DNA from: Citreicoccus inhibens
GTDB lineage: Bacteria; Myxococcota; Myxococcia; Myxococcales; Myxococcaceae
NCBI RefSeq assembly: GCF_019039035.1
Contig: NZ_JAHNZT010000001.1
Coordinates: forward strand, 242,049 to 274,048
Direction of reading: 5' to 3'
DNA length: 32,000 bases
The position numbers and the translations under genes are program-made. Shown piece after piece: positions 16,988 to 26,142 of this stretch (positions within the stretch are counted from its first letter, which is position 1; each line of letters begins with the position of its first letter). A model generated the notes under the pieces. It did no database searches and was not told the origin of the DNA. It was given only the letters and a program-made list of their open reading frames with translations.

Positions 16988-18921
16988 GGGTCCGCGAGCC
17001 CCAGCGCCCACAGCGGGAAGATGCGCAGATAGGCGTCGTAGTGGATGGCACAGGTGCGGTTGAACACGCCCGCGAGCGGCTCGCTCGGCCACCGGCCATC
17101 AGCGCCCTGCCAGCCTCGCAGCCACGCCACGCCTCGCCGCGCGGACTCGGATGCGCCATCCCCCGTGGCCACCAGGGACAGCAGCGCCCACGACGTCGTC
17201 ACCGCGTGGCCCGTGGCGCCCTCCACCCACCTCCGCTCCCGGCAGCTCTGGATGGTCTCGCTCCAGGCGCCGTCTGCCCGCTGACGCGCGCACAGGAAGG
17301 CCGAGGCGCGCCGCAGCGCGGGGTCATCCTGGGGAGCTCCCGCGGCCACCAGCCCCGTGACTCCGAACCACGTGCCGTAGCTGAAGCACACGCCCCACGC
17401 GCCTTCCCAGCTCCCATCGGCGCGCTGGGTGCGCCGCAGGAAGTCCACGCCCCGCGCGATGGCACGGTCCACCGCGGCGCTGGGCGCGACCTGGCGCCAC
17501 GCCACCAGCGCCTGCACGCAGGCCGAGGTGCACTCGACATAGCTGGTGTCCACCATGATCCCGGCGAACACGTCCGAGGGATTGAGGCGCTCCAGCCACC
17601 GCGGCCCGCGCTGCGGCTCGTACGTGGCCCAGCCGCCGTCCCGGTTCTGCAGCGAGAGGATGAACTCCACCGCGTGCCCCAACCGCTCACGTGACACGCG
17701 GTTGAGCCCCAGGGGCTCCAGCAGGAGGCACGCCTTCACGCCCTCCGCCGTGCAGTCGCTGATGGGCCAGCCATGCGCGCGCGTGCTGAAGGGCCAGCCG
17801 CCTCGGCTGGGGTGGCGATGGAAGCGCGCCGCGCGAGGCGAGTCCTCCAACACCTGCTGCGCCTCCAGGAAGTCGGCCGCGCGCGCCAGCGTCTCGCGCG
17901 CGGCCTCCGCCTGCCCAGACGCCACCAGCGCTTGCACGGCGAAGGCGGTGTCCCAGAGCTGCGAGGAGTTGTAGCCGTTGACCTTCACCCCGTCGTCGGA
18001 GCGCTGGAGGTAATCCGGCAGTCGCGCCAGATGCGCTTGGACCTCTGGGCCCTCGGGCCGCGCCAGGTGCCACACCGCCGCATGGAGCACCTTGTTGATG
18101 GGCCCGATGCAGATGAAGTGCGTGGCCTCGTCTTCGCCGCGCATCTGCGCGAGCGACTCCTCCAACGCCCGCGCGCGCAGCCGCTTCGAGTGCACGCGCT
18201 CATAGACGCCCAGCACGCGATTCACCGCGCGCAGCCAGAAGGTGCGCGGCGTGTACGCGTCCGAAGGCGCCACCCGCTCCCGCGCCGCTTTCCAATCCAC
18301 GGCCTCGTAGGGCTCGGGGTACAGCTCGCGCCGCAGCTCGGCGAGCAGCGGCGTCTCGGGTGCCCGCGCCCGACGCCCGTACAGCCATCCCATGGGCAGG
18401 TACACCATGCGGCAGTGGCACCACAGCCGCGAGGGATGGAACGGGAGCGCGCGCGGCAGGAGCCACAGCTCGGGCGGAACGGGTGCCAGGCCCTCGTACT
18501 CATAGAGCCCCAGCAACGCGAGGACGAACTTCCCCCACGAGCCACTGCCCAGCGGCCCGCCCTGGGCGTGCAGCCACGCGCGGGCTCGCACCAGCGCGGG
18601 GTCCTCCGCGGGCACGCCCGACAGCCGCGCCGCCACGTAGTTCAGCGCCGTGGTGAAGACGAGGCTGGGCGATTCCACATCGAGGCCCCAGCCACCGTCC
18701 GCGTTCTGATGGAGCCGCGCATGCGTGAGCATCCCCTCACGAATGTCCGGCTCCGGCGCACGGCCCATCAAATACAGCGCCGCCACGTACACCGGCCCCA
18801 GGAACAGCGGGCCGCCGTAGTCGCCCTTCCAGGAGCCATCCCCCTCCTGGGTCCGAGCGAGCACGTCGCGCGCCCGCCGCGTCACCGCACCGCCTCCTCC
18901 CCTCGGGGCGTCCGTGAGCAA
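16966..18921 (-). CDS. Oxidosqualene cyclase (terpene cyclase/mutase family), predicted cycloartenol synthase type
   Basis: Multiple QW repeats (QNADGGWG, LQNRDGGWA, RTQRADGSWEGAWG, ARQRADGAWSE, GWQGADGRWPSE). The catalytic motif is WPISDCTAEG (DCTAE at 17743-17757), typical of oxidosqualene cyclases rather than the DxDDTA of squalene-hopene cyclases. An alternative GTG start at 18883-18885 overlaps the squalene synthase stop as GTGA. Confidence 0.9.
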   Translation of the reverse strand: MLTDAPRGGGGAVTRRARDVLARTQEGDGSWKGDYGGPLFLGPVYVAALYLMGRAPEPDIREGMLTHARLHQNADGGWGLDVESPSLVFTTALNYVAARLSGVPAEDPALVRARAWLHAQGGPLGSGSWGKFVLALLGLYEYEGLAPVPPELWLLPRALPFHPSRLWCHCRMVYLPMGWLYGRRARAPETPLLAELRRELYPEPYEAVDWKAARERVAPSDAYTPRTFWLRAVNRVLGVYERVHSKRLRARALEESLAQMRGEDEATHFICIGPINKVLHAAVWHLARPEGPEVQAHLARLPDYLQRSDDGVKVNGYNSSQLWDTAFAVQALVASGQAEAARETLARAADFLEAQQVLEDSPRAARFHRHPSRGGWPFSTRAHGWPISDCTAEGVKACLLLEPLGLNRVSRERLGHAVEFILSLQNRDGGWATYEPQRGPRWLERLNPSDVFAGIMVDTSYVECTSACVQALVAWRQVAPSAAVDRAIARGVDFLRRTQRADGSWEGAWGVCFSYGTWFGVTGLVAAGAPQDDPALRRASAFLCARQRADGAWSETIQSCRERRWVEGATGHAVTTSWALLSLVATGDGASESARRGVAWLRGWQGADGRWPSEPLAGVFNRTCAIHYDAYLRIFPLWALGLADPHGGEAS

Positions 18922-19925
18922 TCCGCGTACAGCGCTCGCAGCGCGCCATCCGAACCCACTCGCTCCTGCGTGAGCAGCATCACCGTGCGCACCGCGTCCC
19001 GGCTGATCTTCACCGGCGCGGGGTCGAACACGGCGGGATTGCCCTCCAGCGCGTTGAGCGTCAGCGCCGCGAAGAAGAGCGGGTAGAGACAGAACAGCCG
19101 AAGGCCCGGCTCCTCCACCGGCAGCGCCAGCGAGTACTCCATCGCCGCGTCCAGTTCGCGCCGCGCCACCGCCACCAGCTCCTCCATCATCGCCACCGCC
19201 CGCGCGCGCTGGCCGGGCTGCGCGAGCGTGGCGGGCTCCAGGCCGTGCGCGGCCATGCGGTCCCGCGGCAACCAGCAGTAGCCCCGGTCCAGGTCCTCGC
19301 GCACGTCCTTGAGGATGTTGGTGAGCTGCAGCGCGCGACCGAACGCGGGGGCGCGGGGAATGAGCGTGGACGCGTGCGGCGCGACGCGGGGCGAGTAGTC
19401 GATGAAGAGCTCCGTCAACATCTCCCCCACCACCCCCGCCACGTAGTAGCAGTACGTGAACGTCGCCTCGAGGTCAGGCAGCCCGCGGATGCGCCCCGCG
19501 CTCCCGTGCTCGCGCTGCATCCGCACCATGCCGTCGGTCATGGTGCGCACGCAGCGCGCGATATGCGGTTGGACCCACGTGGGAAGCGAGGCCAGGGCCT
19601 CCAGCACCGTGGGCGTGCCGGCGACCAGCTCCGCCTCCGCGCTCGGCGTCTCGCCTCGCAACGAGGGCCCCGCCCGCTGGACGAAGGAGCGGGCACGGCC
19701 TTCCCAGCCCGGCCGCAGGGTCACCAGCTCCGCCAGCGCGGTGAGCAGCTCCCCCTGGAGCGCCCCAGGGGCCTCGTCCTCCAGCGTGTCCGCGATGCGG
19801 CACAGCAAGTAGGCCACCGTTACGGCCAGGTCGAGCGGCTCGGGGAGCAAGGGGATGTTGAGCGCGAAGGTGCGGGACACCCGGGGCAGTTGCGTGCGGC
19901 AGAACGACTCTCCGGGAACAGTCAT
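18882..19925 (-). CDS. Squalene synthase (farnesyl-diphosphate farnesyltransferase, eukaryote-type SQS/PSY family)
   Basis: SRTFALNIPLLPEPLDLAVTVAYLLCRIADTLEDE and LQLTNILKDVREDLDRGYCWLPRD match the two Asp-rich SQS boxes. ATG 19925 is preferred because GGAGGA lies 4 nt upstream; ORF-track ATG 19937 is the alternative. Confidence 0.85.
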   Translation of the reverse strand: MTVPGESFCRTQLPRVSRTFALNIPLLPEPLDLAVTVAYLLCRIADTLEDEAPGALQGELLTALAELVTLRPGWEGRARSFVQRAGPSLRGETPSAEAELVAGTPTVLEALASLPTWVQPHIARCVRTMTDGMVRMQREHGSAGRIRGLPDLEATFTYCYYVAGVVGEMLTELFIDYSPRVAPHASTLIPRAPAFGRALQLTNILKDVREDLDRGYCWLPRDRMAAHGLEPATLAQPGQRARAVAMMEELVAVARRELDAAMEYSLALPVEEPGLRLFCLYPLFFAALTLNALEGNPAVFDPAPVKISRDAVRTVMLLTQERVGSDGALRALYADCSRTPRGEEAVR

Positions 19926-19996
19926 GGCTTCCTCCACGCCGTGCGGCGCTCCGCGTCAGTGACTAAGTGTTGTGTGGACAAAAAGGTGGGGGCTTC
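19926..19996. promoter_or_regulatory. Divergent promoter region between the squalene synthase-cyclase operon and squalene epoxidase
   Basis: A 71-bp intergenic spacer separates the divergent starts (19925 minus, 19997 plus). It is locally less GC-rich (gtgactaagtgttgtgtggacaaaaaggtggggg). I could not assign any specific -35/-10 elements. Confidence 0.4.
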
Positions 19997-21406
19997 ATGC
20001 GGGACGTCGATGCGGTGATTGCCGGTGGCGGACCCGCGGGCTGCGCGGCGGCTGCGGCAATGGCGGGGCTGGGGCTGTCCGTCATGTTGGTGGACGCGGG
20101 CGTGGACCGCCACAAACAACTTGCGGGGGAGCTCTTGCACCCCTCCGGCGTGGAGGATCTCCGCGCGCTGCGCTTCGACGCGGTGGTGGATCACTGGGTG
20201 TCGCAGCCCGTCCGAGGCTTCGCCGTCCGCTTCCACGCACCGCGCCATACCGTCCTCCTGCCCTACGGACGCGGCGTCACGGGCCTGTCGCTCGAACACG
20301 CCTCGCTCACCGTGCCCCTGCTGGAGTCGGTGGCCTCGCGCCCCGGCGTCACGCTCATCCCCAAGGCCCGCGTCACGGCGGTGGAGCACAATGACGCCAC
20401 GGGCGTCCACGTGCGCTTCATCCACCAGGGCACCGAGCACACGGTCCGCGCGCGGCTGTTGGTCGCCGCGGACGGCCGAGCCTCGCCCGTGCGGCGCATG
20501 CTCGGCATCCCCGAGCGGCTGCACCGCATCTCCACCATGCTGGGCGTCACCGTGGACAGCGACAGCCTGCCCCACCCCGGCTATGGGCACCTCTTCGTGG
20601 GCGGCCCCATGCATGCGCTGGCCTACGCCATCCAGCCCGGCGTGGCGCGCGTGATGGTGGACCTGCCCCTGGGCGGCAACGTGAGCACCCTCCAGGCCCG
20701 GCCCGAGCTGCTCGGCGCCCTCCCCTTGGAGCTGCGCGCCGAGGTCCTGCGCGCGCTGGAGGCGACACCCGCGCCCCGGCTGGCCTCGAATGATGACCGG
20801 CTGTCGGGCACCGTCCGGGTGGGCAGCGCCGTGCTCGTGGGAGACGCCGCCGCGTGCTGCCATCCCCTCACCGCCAGCGGCATGGCCTCGTGTTTCCGCG
20901 ACGCCCGCGCGCTGCAAGACGCCCTGCGATGCCATGGGACGGACATCCCGCTCGCGCTGGAGGCCTACGCCCGCGCGCGCCGCCCCGCGCAGCGCACCCG
21001 CGTGGCGCTCGCGTCCGCGCTCTATGACGCCTTCTCCGGTCAGGACGAGGGCATGCGCGCGTTGCGGCGCGGGCTCGTGCGCTATTGGGAGCACAGCCCT
21101 GGCGGCGCGCGGACATCCATGTCCTTGCTGGCCGCCGAGGAGCCCCGCATGCGCGTCATGGCGCGCGAGTACCTCCGCGTGGTCGGCCATGCCCTCACGA
21201 GCCTGGCCTCGCCCCGACAGCGGAGCATGCCGCTGCGCTCGGCCGCGCCGCTGCTGCGCTCGGCCGGACCGCCGTTGAAGACCGCCATGGAGAGCGCGGT
21301 GGAGCAGATGGGAGCGTGGTGGCATCGCTGCGTCCAACGTCCTGTCTACTGGCTGGCCAAGGCGGGGCGCGCGGTGCCCAATCGCGCGTTCGCGTCCAGT
21401 CGATAA
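19997..21406 (+). CDS. Squalene monooxygenase (squalene epoxidase, FAD-dependent)
   Basis: FAD Rossmann motif DAVIAGGGPAGCAAA, DG motif LLVAADGRASPVRR, and the squalene-epoxidase GD motif VGDAAACCHPLTASGMA. The likely start is ATG 19997 (MRDVDAV...). Confidence 0.85.
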   Translation: MRDVDAVIAGGGPAGCAAAAAMAGLGLSVMLVDAGVDRHKQLAGELLHPSGVEDLRALRFDAVVDHWVSQPVRGFAVRFHAPRHTVLLPYGRGVTGLSLEHASLTVPLLESVASRPGVTLIPKARVTAVEHNDATGVHVRFIHQGTEHTVRARLLVAADGRASPVRRMLGIPERLHRISTMLGVTVDSDSLPHPGYGHLFVGGPMHALAYAIQPGVARVMVDLPLGGNVSTLQARPELLGALPLELRAEVLRALEATPAPRLASNDDRLSGTVRVGSAVLVGDAAACCHPLTASGMASCFRDARALQDALRCHGTDIPLALEAYARARRPAQRTRVALASALYDAFSGQDEGMRALRRGLVRYWEHSPGGARTSMSLLAAEEPRMRVMAREYLRVVGHALTSLASPRQRSMPLRSAAPLLRSAGPPLKTAMESAVEQMGAWWHRCVQRPVYWLAKAGRAVPNRAFASSR

Positions 21407-22548
21407 CCGCGTCCGCGCCAGTCCACTTCGCGCGACAGCCGCGCGGACAGCGCCACCCCCGCGCCCAGGAGCGGCAGCACCGCGGGCACCCACAGGTGGC
21501 GCGGCGCCACCGGCGGCCCGTGACACGCGCGCTGCAACCGCACCTGGCTCCACACGGAGAAGCCGATGGGCAGCGTCGCCAGCGCCGCCATGCTCCACGC
21601 GCGCCGGGACATCGCCACCGCCAGGCTCCCCCAGGCGAGCCACACCGAGACACCCCGCGCCCAGTTGGGACGGGCGAAGGACCAGGGCAGGCCGCTCTGC
21701 GAGAAGAGAATCCACCGACGGAAGATGCGCAGGAACGCGCGCAGGCCCAGGCGTCCCGTGACGATGCGCAGCGGCGCATGCACCACGCGGTTCTTCCAAC
21801 CGGCCTCGTGCAGGCGGCGCCCCAGGTACATGTCGTCCACGAACTGACCCGCGGCGCAGCCCACGCCCCCAATGGCGTCCAGCGCCTCACGGCGGAACAC
21901 CATCATCTGGCCCATGATGAAGGGCAGCGAGCCATCCGGCCCCGACGCGCACGCGACGGAGGCGCCGTACCACGCGTTCACCAGCAGCCCGTAGCCCACG
22001 TCTCCCGCCAGCGGCTCCTCGGACGCGGCGTACACGGGCGCGAACGTGGCGCCGGTGCGCTCATCCTCCAGGAGCGCGCCCACCAACGCGGTGAGCACAT
22101 GGGGCGCTGGCCGCGTGTCCGAGTCACTGAACGCCACGAGCGTGCCGCGCGCCCGAGCCATGCCCACCTGCATCGCGTTGAGCTTGCCCGTCAGGCCCTC
22201 GGGGGGCTCGCCCGCGACGATGAGCTCCACGCGCCTTGCCCGCGTGGGGTGCGAGCGCAGGGCCTCGCGCGTCGGCGCGAACGCCGGGTCATCCTCGCTG
22301 TCGAAGACGAAGAGCACCTCCCACTCACCGGGATAGTCCAGGTCGAGCAGCGCCCGCACGTTCTCGGGCGCCTCCACGTCCAGGCCCCGGATAGGGCGGA
22401 TGAGGGTGACGGACGGCGGCTCGAACGGCTTCGCGGAGAGGGCCGGGCGCCTGCGCAGCCCCGCCATCAATCCCCGGTGTCCCTGCAGCAGCACGCCCAG
22501 CGCCGCCGCCCCCGCCAGCCCCCACACGATGTCGCGCGCTCTCACCAC
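21346..22548 (-). CDS. Family 2 glycosyltransferase (ceramide glucosyltransferase / HpnI-like, membrane-anchored)
   Basis: N-terminal TM segment, then VTLIRPIRGLD, a D-x-D-like FSDSDTRP, and DDMYLG. The C-terminal TM region carries an FRRW (QxxRW-like) motif. The GTG start at 22548 lies 1 nt after the MMPL stop. Confidence 0.8.
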   Translation of the reverse strand: MVRARDIVWGLAGAAALGVLLQGHRGLMAGLRRRPALSAKPFEPPSVTLIRPIRGLDVEAPENVRALLDLDYPGEWEVLFVFDSEDDPAFAPTREALRSHPTRARRVELIVAGEPPEGLTGKLNAMQVGMARARGTLVAFSDSDTRPAPHVLTALVGALLEDERTGATFAPVYAASEEPLAGDVGYGLLVNAWYGASVACASGPDGSLPFIMGQMMVFRREALDAIGGVGCAAGQFVDDMYLGRRLHEAGWKNRVVHAPLRIVTGRLGLRAFLRIFRRWILFSQSGLPWSFARPNWARGVSVWLAWGSLAVAMSRRAWSMAALATLPIGFSVWSQVRLQRACHGPPVAPRHLWVPAVLPLLGAGVALSARLSREVDWRGRGYRLDANARLGTARPALASQ

Positions 22549-22549
22549 C

Positions 22550-24802
22550 TCACCCCCTGCTCCCCGAGTCCCGCGCCCCCGGCCGCCCCGAATGGCCGGG
22601 CCCCCACCAGTTGAAGTCGCCCATCAGCCGCATCATCGAGGGGACGATGAGCACTCGCACCAGCGTGGCATCCAGCGCCACCGCGATGGCCATGCCCACG
22701 CCCATCGCCTTCACCACCACCACCGTCGCCAGCGAGAAGGCCGCGAACACCGCGACCATGATGGCCGCCGCGCTGGTGATGAGCCCGCCCGTGCGCTCCA
22801 GGCCCTCGGCCACCGCGTGGGTGTTGTCGCCCGTGCGCAGCCACTCCTCGCGGATGCGGCTGAGGAGCAGCACCTCGTAGTCCATCGACAGGCCGAACAG
22901 CGCGCAGAACAACAGGATGGGCAGCGAGGGCTCGATGGGGCCGGGCTCGAAGCGCAAGAGCCGCTGCAGGTGTCCCTCTTGGAATATCCACACCAGCGCG
23001 CCGAAGGAACCGCACAGCGACAGCAGGTTCATCAGCAGCGCCTTCAGGGGCAGCACCACCGAGCGCAGGAGGATGAAGAGGACCACGCACGTCATCCCCA
23101 TCACGAAGGCCACGGCCGCAGGCGTGTGGTGCCGCACGAACGCCGTCGCGTCCACGTCCGTGGCCGTCTGGCCGCCCACCCGCAAGCGCCCATCGCCCAC
23201 GGTGCGCTCCTCGCGCAGCATGCGCACCAACGCGCGGGCCTCGGGGCTGGTGGGCGGAGCGGACGTCAGCACCTGCATCACCGCCGCGTGGCCGCTCAAA
23301 TAGGCATCGCGCGCGGCGCGCAACTCCGGCGGCAGGGACTCCGGCGGCGCGGCGGCCAGCTGCTCCAGCCGCGAGCGATCCATCCCCGGCGCGAGGTCCA
23401 CCGCGCTCTCCACGCCCAACACCCCCGGCAGCGCGGCGATGCGTCGGCTCGCGTCGTACAGCGCGCTGGCTCGCGCGGGCGTGAACGGATTCCCGGAGGG
23501 GAACTCCACCACCACCAGCACCCGGGTCGCGGCCTCGCGAGGAAACAGCCGGGCCAGCGTCGCCGCGCCCTGACGCGCGGGCGTGTCCTCGGGCAGCGCG
23601 GTGATGTCCGTGGCCGCCAGCTGCAAGCGCCGGAACGGCAGGCCCATGGCGAGCAGCAACACCAGCGTGGGCAGGAGCACCCACCAGGGATGACGCATCA
23701 CCCAGGTGGCCAGGGCGTGCCAGCCCCCGCCTCGCCCCACGCGGTTCACGAAGGGCAGCCGGCCCAGGTCCACCCGCGGCCCCAGCCACGACAGCAGCGC
23801 GGGCAGCGCGGTGAGCGCGAACAGCACCGCGAAGGCCACCACCAACGCGCCGCCCAACCCCATGGCGCTCAGGTACGAGCCTCGGAAGAACAAGAGACCG
23901 CCCAGCCCCACCGTGACGGCCAGCCCGGAGAACGCCACCGCGCGGCCCGCCGTGTCCAGGGTGCGCGCCAGGGCCCGCTCCGTTGAATGGCCCGCGCCCA
24001 GCTCCGCGCGGAAGCGGCTGACGATGAACAGCGAGTAGTCGATGGCCACGCCCAGGCCGATGAGCGACACGACGTTGAGCGTGTACTGCGCCATGTTCGT
24101 CACGCGTGACAGAAGCAACACGCCCGCCACGCCGCACAGCACCGCCAGCCCGCCCACCACCAGGGGCAACGCGGCGGCCACCACGGAGCGGAACACCCAG
24201 AGCAGCACCACCAGCGCCAGCGGGAAGGAGATGAGCTCGGCGCGCAGCAGGTCATGGGCCAGCAGCGCGTTGAGCGCGTCGAGGAACGCAACCTTGCCGG
24301 TGATGGTGGTGCGAAGGCGCGGGTCCTGGAGCGCGGCGCTCACCGCGGGGAACGCGGCGGTGGCCTCACGCTCACCGCCCTTCAAGCGCACCAACGCGAG
24401 CACGTCATGCCCCGTGCGCGCCACGAAGCGCGCGCGATAGGCCTCGGGCGCCCCCACGGGCGACACCACGGACTCCACCTCCGGCAGCTTCTCCACGCGC
24501 GCGAGCACTTGCGACACCGCGCCCTGGAACGGCGCTGCGTCCGCGCGCCAGTCATCGCGGTGGAAGATGACCGCCAGCGTCTGATCATTCGAGCCCGCGG
24601 CGGCCCCCCGTGCGAGCGCCTCGGCCCGCGCGGACTCGACGCCGTCGATGGTGCCGGTGGTGAGGTGACCTCCCAGGCTCAGCACCCAGACGGCCAGGGC
24701 GAGGAGCACGCCGCTGCCCACGAGCACCCAGCGGCCATGCCGATGAACGGCCTCGGCCAACCGGGTGAAGAGGGACGGCGCGTCTCCCGCCGGCTCCATC
24801 AT
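22550..24802 (-). CDS. MMPL / RND-superfamily membrane transporter
   Basis: 750 aa with two homologous halves, each with about 6 TM segments and the MMPL motif (GVAIDYSLFIVSRFRAE and GLSMDYEVLLLSRIREE). Its start overlaps the HMGR stop (ATGA at 24799-24802). Confidence 0.9.
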   Translation of the reverse strand: MMEPAGDAPSLFTRLAEAVHRHGRWVLVGSGVLLALAVWVLSLGGHLTTGTIDGVESARAEALARGAAAGSNDQTLAVIFHRDDWRADAAPFQGAVSQVLARVEKLPEVESVVSPVGAPEAYRARFVARTGHDVLALVRLKGGEREATAAFPAVSAALQDPRLRTTITGKVAFLDALNALLAHDLLRAELISFPLALVVLLWVFRSVVAAALPLVVGGLAVLCGVAGVLLLSRVTNMAQYTLNVVSLIGLGVAIDYSLFIVSRFRAELGAGHSTERALARTLDTAGRAVAFSGLAVTVGLGGLLFFRGSYLSAMGLGGALVVAFAVLFALTALPALLSWLGPRVDLGRLPFVNRVGRGGGWHALATWVMRHPWWVLLPTLVLLLAMGLPFRRLQLAATDITALPEDTPARQGAATLARLFPREAATRVLVVVEFPSGNPFTPARASALYDASRRIAALPGVLGVESAVDLAPGMDRSRLEQLAAAPPESLPPELRAARDAYLSGHAAVMQVLTSAPPTSPEARALVRMLREERTVGDGRLRVGGQTATDVDATAFVRHHTPAAVAFVMGMTCVVLFILLRSVVLPLKALLMNLLSLCGSFGALVWIFQEGHLQRLLRFEPGPIEPSLPILLFCALFGLSMDYEVLLLSRIREEWLRTGDNTHAVAEGLERTGGLITSAAAIMVAVFAAFSLATVVVVKAMGVGMAIAVALDATLVRVLIVPSMMRLMGDFNWWGPGHSGRPGARDSGSRG

Positions 24803-26142
24803 GGCGCGGCGAGCTCCGGGAACGAGGCGAGAATCTCGCGCGCGGTGTCCACCTTCACGCTGCCGCGCTCCACGAGCAGGCGCGCCACCTTCTCCACGTC
24901 CTGGCCGCGAGCGCCCGCCGTGACGGCGACGCAGCGCGCGTGCAGCGCCATGTGGCCCTTCTGGATGCCCACCGAGCCCAGCGCGCGCACCGCCGCGAAG
25001 TTCTGCGCCAACCCCACCGACGCGAACACCATGGCCAGCTCACGCACCGACGACACCCGCAGCAGCTTGAGTCCGAGCTGCGCGCCCGGATGGATGCGGA
25101 TGGGGCCGCCCACCAGCCCCAGCGCCAGCGGCAGCTCGATGCGCCCCACCAGGTGGCCCTGCTCCAGCGTCCAACGCGACAGCGGCCCGTAGCGCCCCAT
25201 CCGGCAGGCATACGCGTGCGCCCCCGCCTCGATGGCCCGCCAGTCCTGGCCCGTGGCGATGGCCACCGCGTCGATGCCGTTCATCACGCCCTTGTTGTGC
25301 GTGGCCGCGCGATAGGGGTCCGCCTCGGCGAAGCGGCTCGCTTGGAGGATGCCCTCGGCGATGGCCTCGCCCGGCAGGTCGAAGTCCGCCAGCGCATCCA
25401 ACGGAATCCGACACGAGGCGCGCGCCAGCCGTTGATCCGCCAGGTTCGACAGGATGCGCACGAAGACGCGCCCGCCCGTGAGCTGCTCGATGAACGGCGC
25501 CACGCCCTCGGCCATGGTGTTGATGAGGTTGGCGCCCATGGCCTCCTGCGTATCCACCAGCAGGTGCACGATGAAGAGCGGCTCGCCCTGCGGCCCCTCG
25601 GGCGCGGGCAGGATGCGCACCTGCACGTCGCGCGCGCCGCCGCCCCGCCGCTGCAGCGAGGGGTGGAAGCTGTTGGCCAGCGCGAGCAAGGGCTCACGCG
25701 CCGCCAGCACCCGAGCGCGCGCCACCTCGGCCGAGCCGTACCGGGTGAGCTGCACCTGCGCAATCATGGTGGAATCATCCGCCTCGGCGGTGAAGCCGCC
25801 CGCCTGGCGCACCACCTTGGCCGCGAACGACACCGCCGCGACCACCGAGGGCTCCTCCACCGCCATGGGCACCAGGTGGTCGCGCCCGTTGACGGTGAGG
25901 TTCAGCCCCAACCCCAGCGGCAGGGAGAACACCCCCACCGCGTTCTCAATCATCTGGTTCACCACATCGAAAGAGGAAGCCTCCCACCCGCGCAACACGC
26001 GCAGCTCCTCCGGTGAGACATGTCCCCGCCGCGCCAGCTCCCGCCATCGCTCGTCCACGCCGCGGCGATGGAAGCCCGGCAGACGAGAGGACGGAGTGTC
26101 CGGAGGGGACTCCGGCAATCCATCGTCCAACACTTCCGACAT
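24799..26142 (-). CDS. mvaA: Hydroxymethylglutaryl-CoA reductase, class II
   Basis: Class II signatures IENAVGVFSLPLGLGLN, VPMAVEEPSVVAA, EAMGANLINTM, ATHNKGVMNGIDAV and ALGLVGG. A GGGGGA Shine-Dalgarno-like element lies upstream of ATG 26142. Confidence 0.92.
   Translation of the reverse strand: MSEVLDDGLPESPPDTPSSRLPGFHRRGVDERWRELARRGHVSPEELRVLRGWEASSFDVVNQMIENAVGVFSLPLGLGLNLTVNGRDHLVPMAVEEPSVVAAVSFAAKVVRQAGGFTAEADDSTMIAQVQLTRYGSAEVARARVLAAREPLLALANSFHPSLQRRGGGARDVQVRILPAPEGPQGEPLFIVHLLVDTQEAMGANLINTMAEGVAPFIEQLTGGRVFVRILSNLADQRLARASCRIPLDALADFDLPGEAIAEGILQASRFAEADPYRAATHNKGVMNGIDAVAIATGQDWRAIEAGAHAYACRMGRYGPLSRWTLEQGHLVGRIELPLALGLVGGPIRIHPGAQLGLKLLRVSSVRELAMVFASVGLAQNFAAVRALGSVGIQKGHMALHARCVAVTAGARGQDVEKVARLLVERGSVKVDTAREILASFPELAAP

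Noticed and set aside
19922-21799. 625-aa minus-strand ORF opposite squalene epoxidase
   Set aside because: It is antisense to a frame with FAD-binding and squalene-epoxidase signature motifs. It is Arg/Gly/Ala/His-rich and runs into the GT2 gene in the wrong frame.
22400-24137. 528-aa plus-strand and 531-aa minus-strand alternate-frame ORFs within the MMPL gene
   Set aside because: Only the 22550..24802 minus frame yields 12 TM segments and duplicated MMPL motifs. The others are Arg/Gly/His-rich with no hydrophobic segments.
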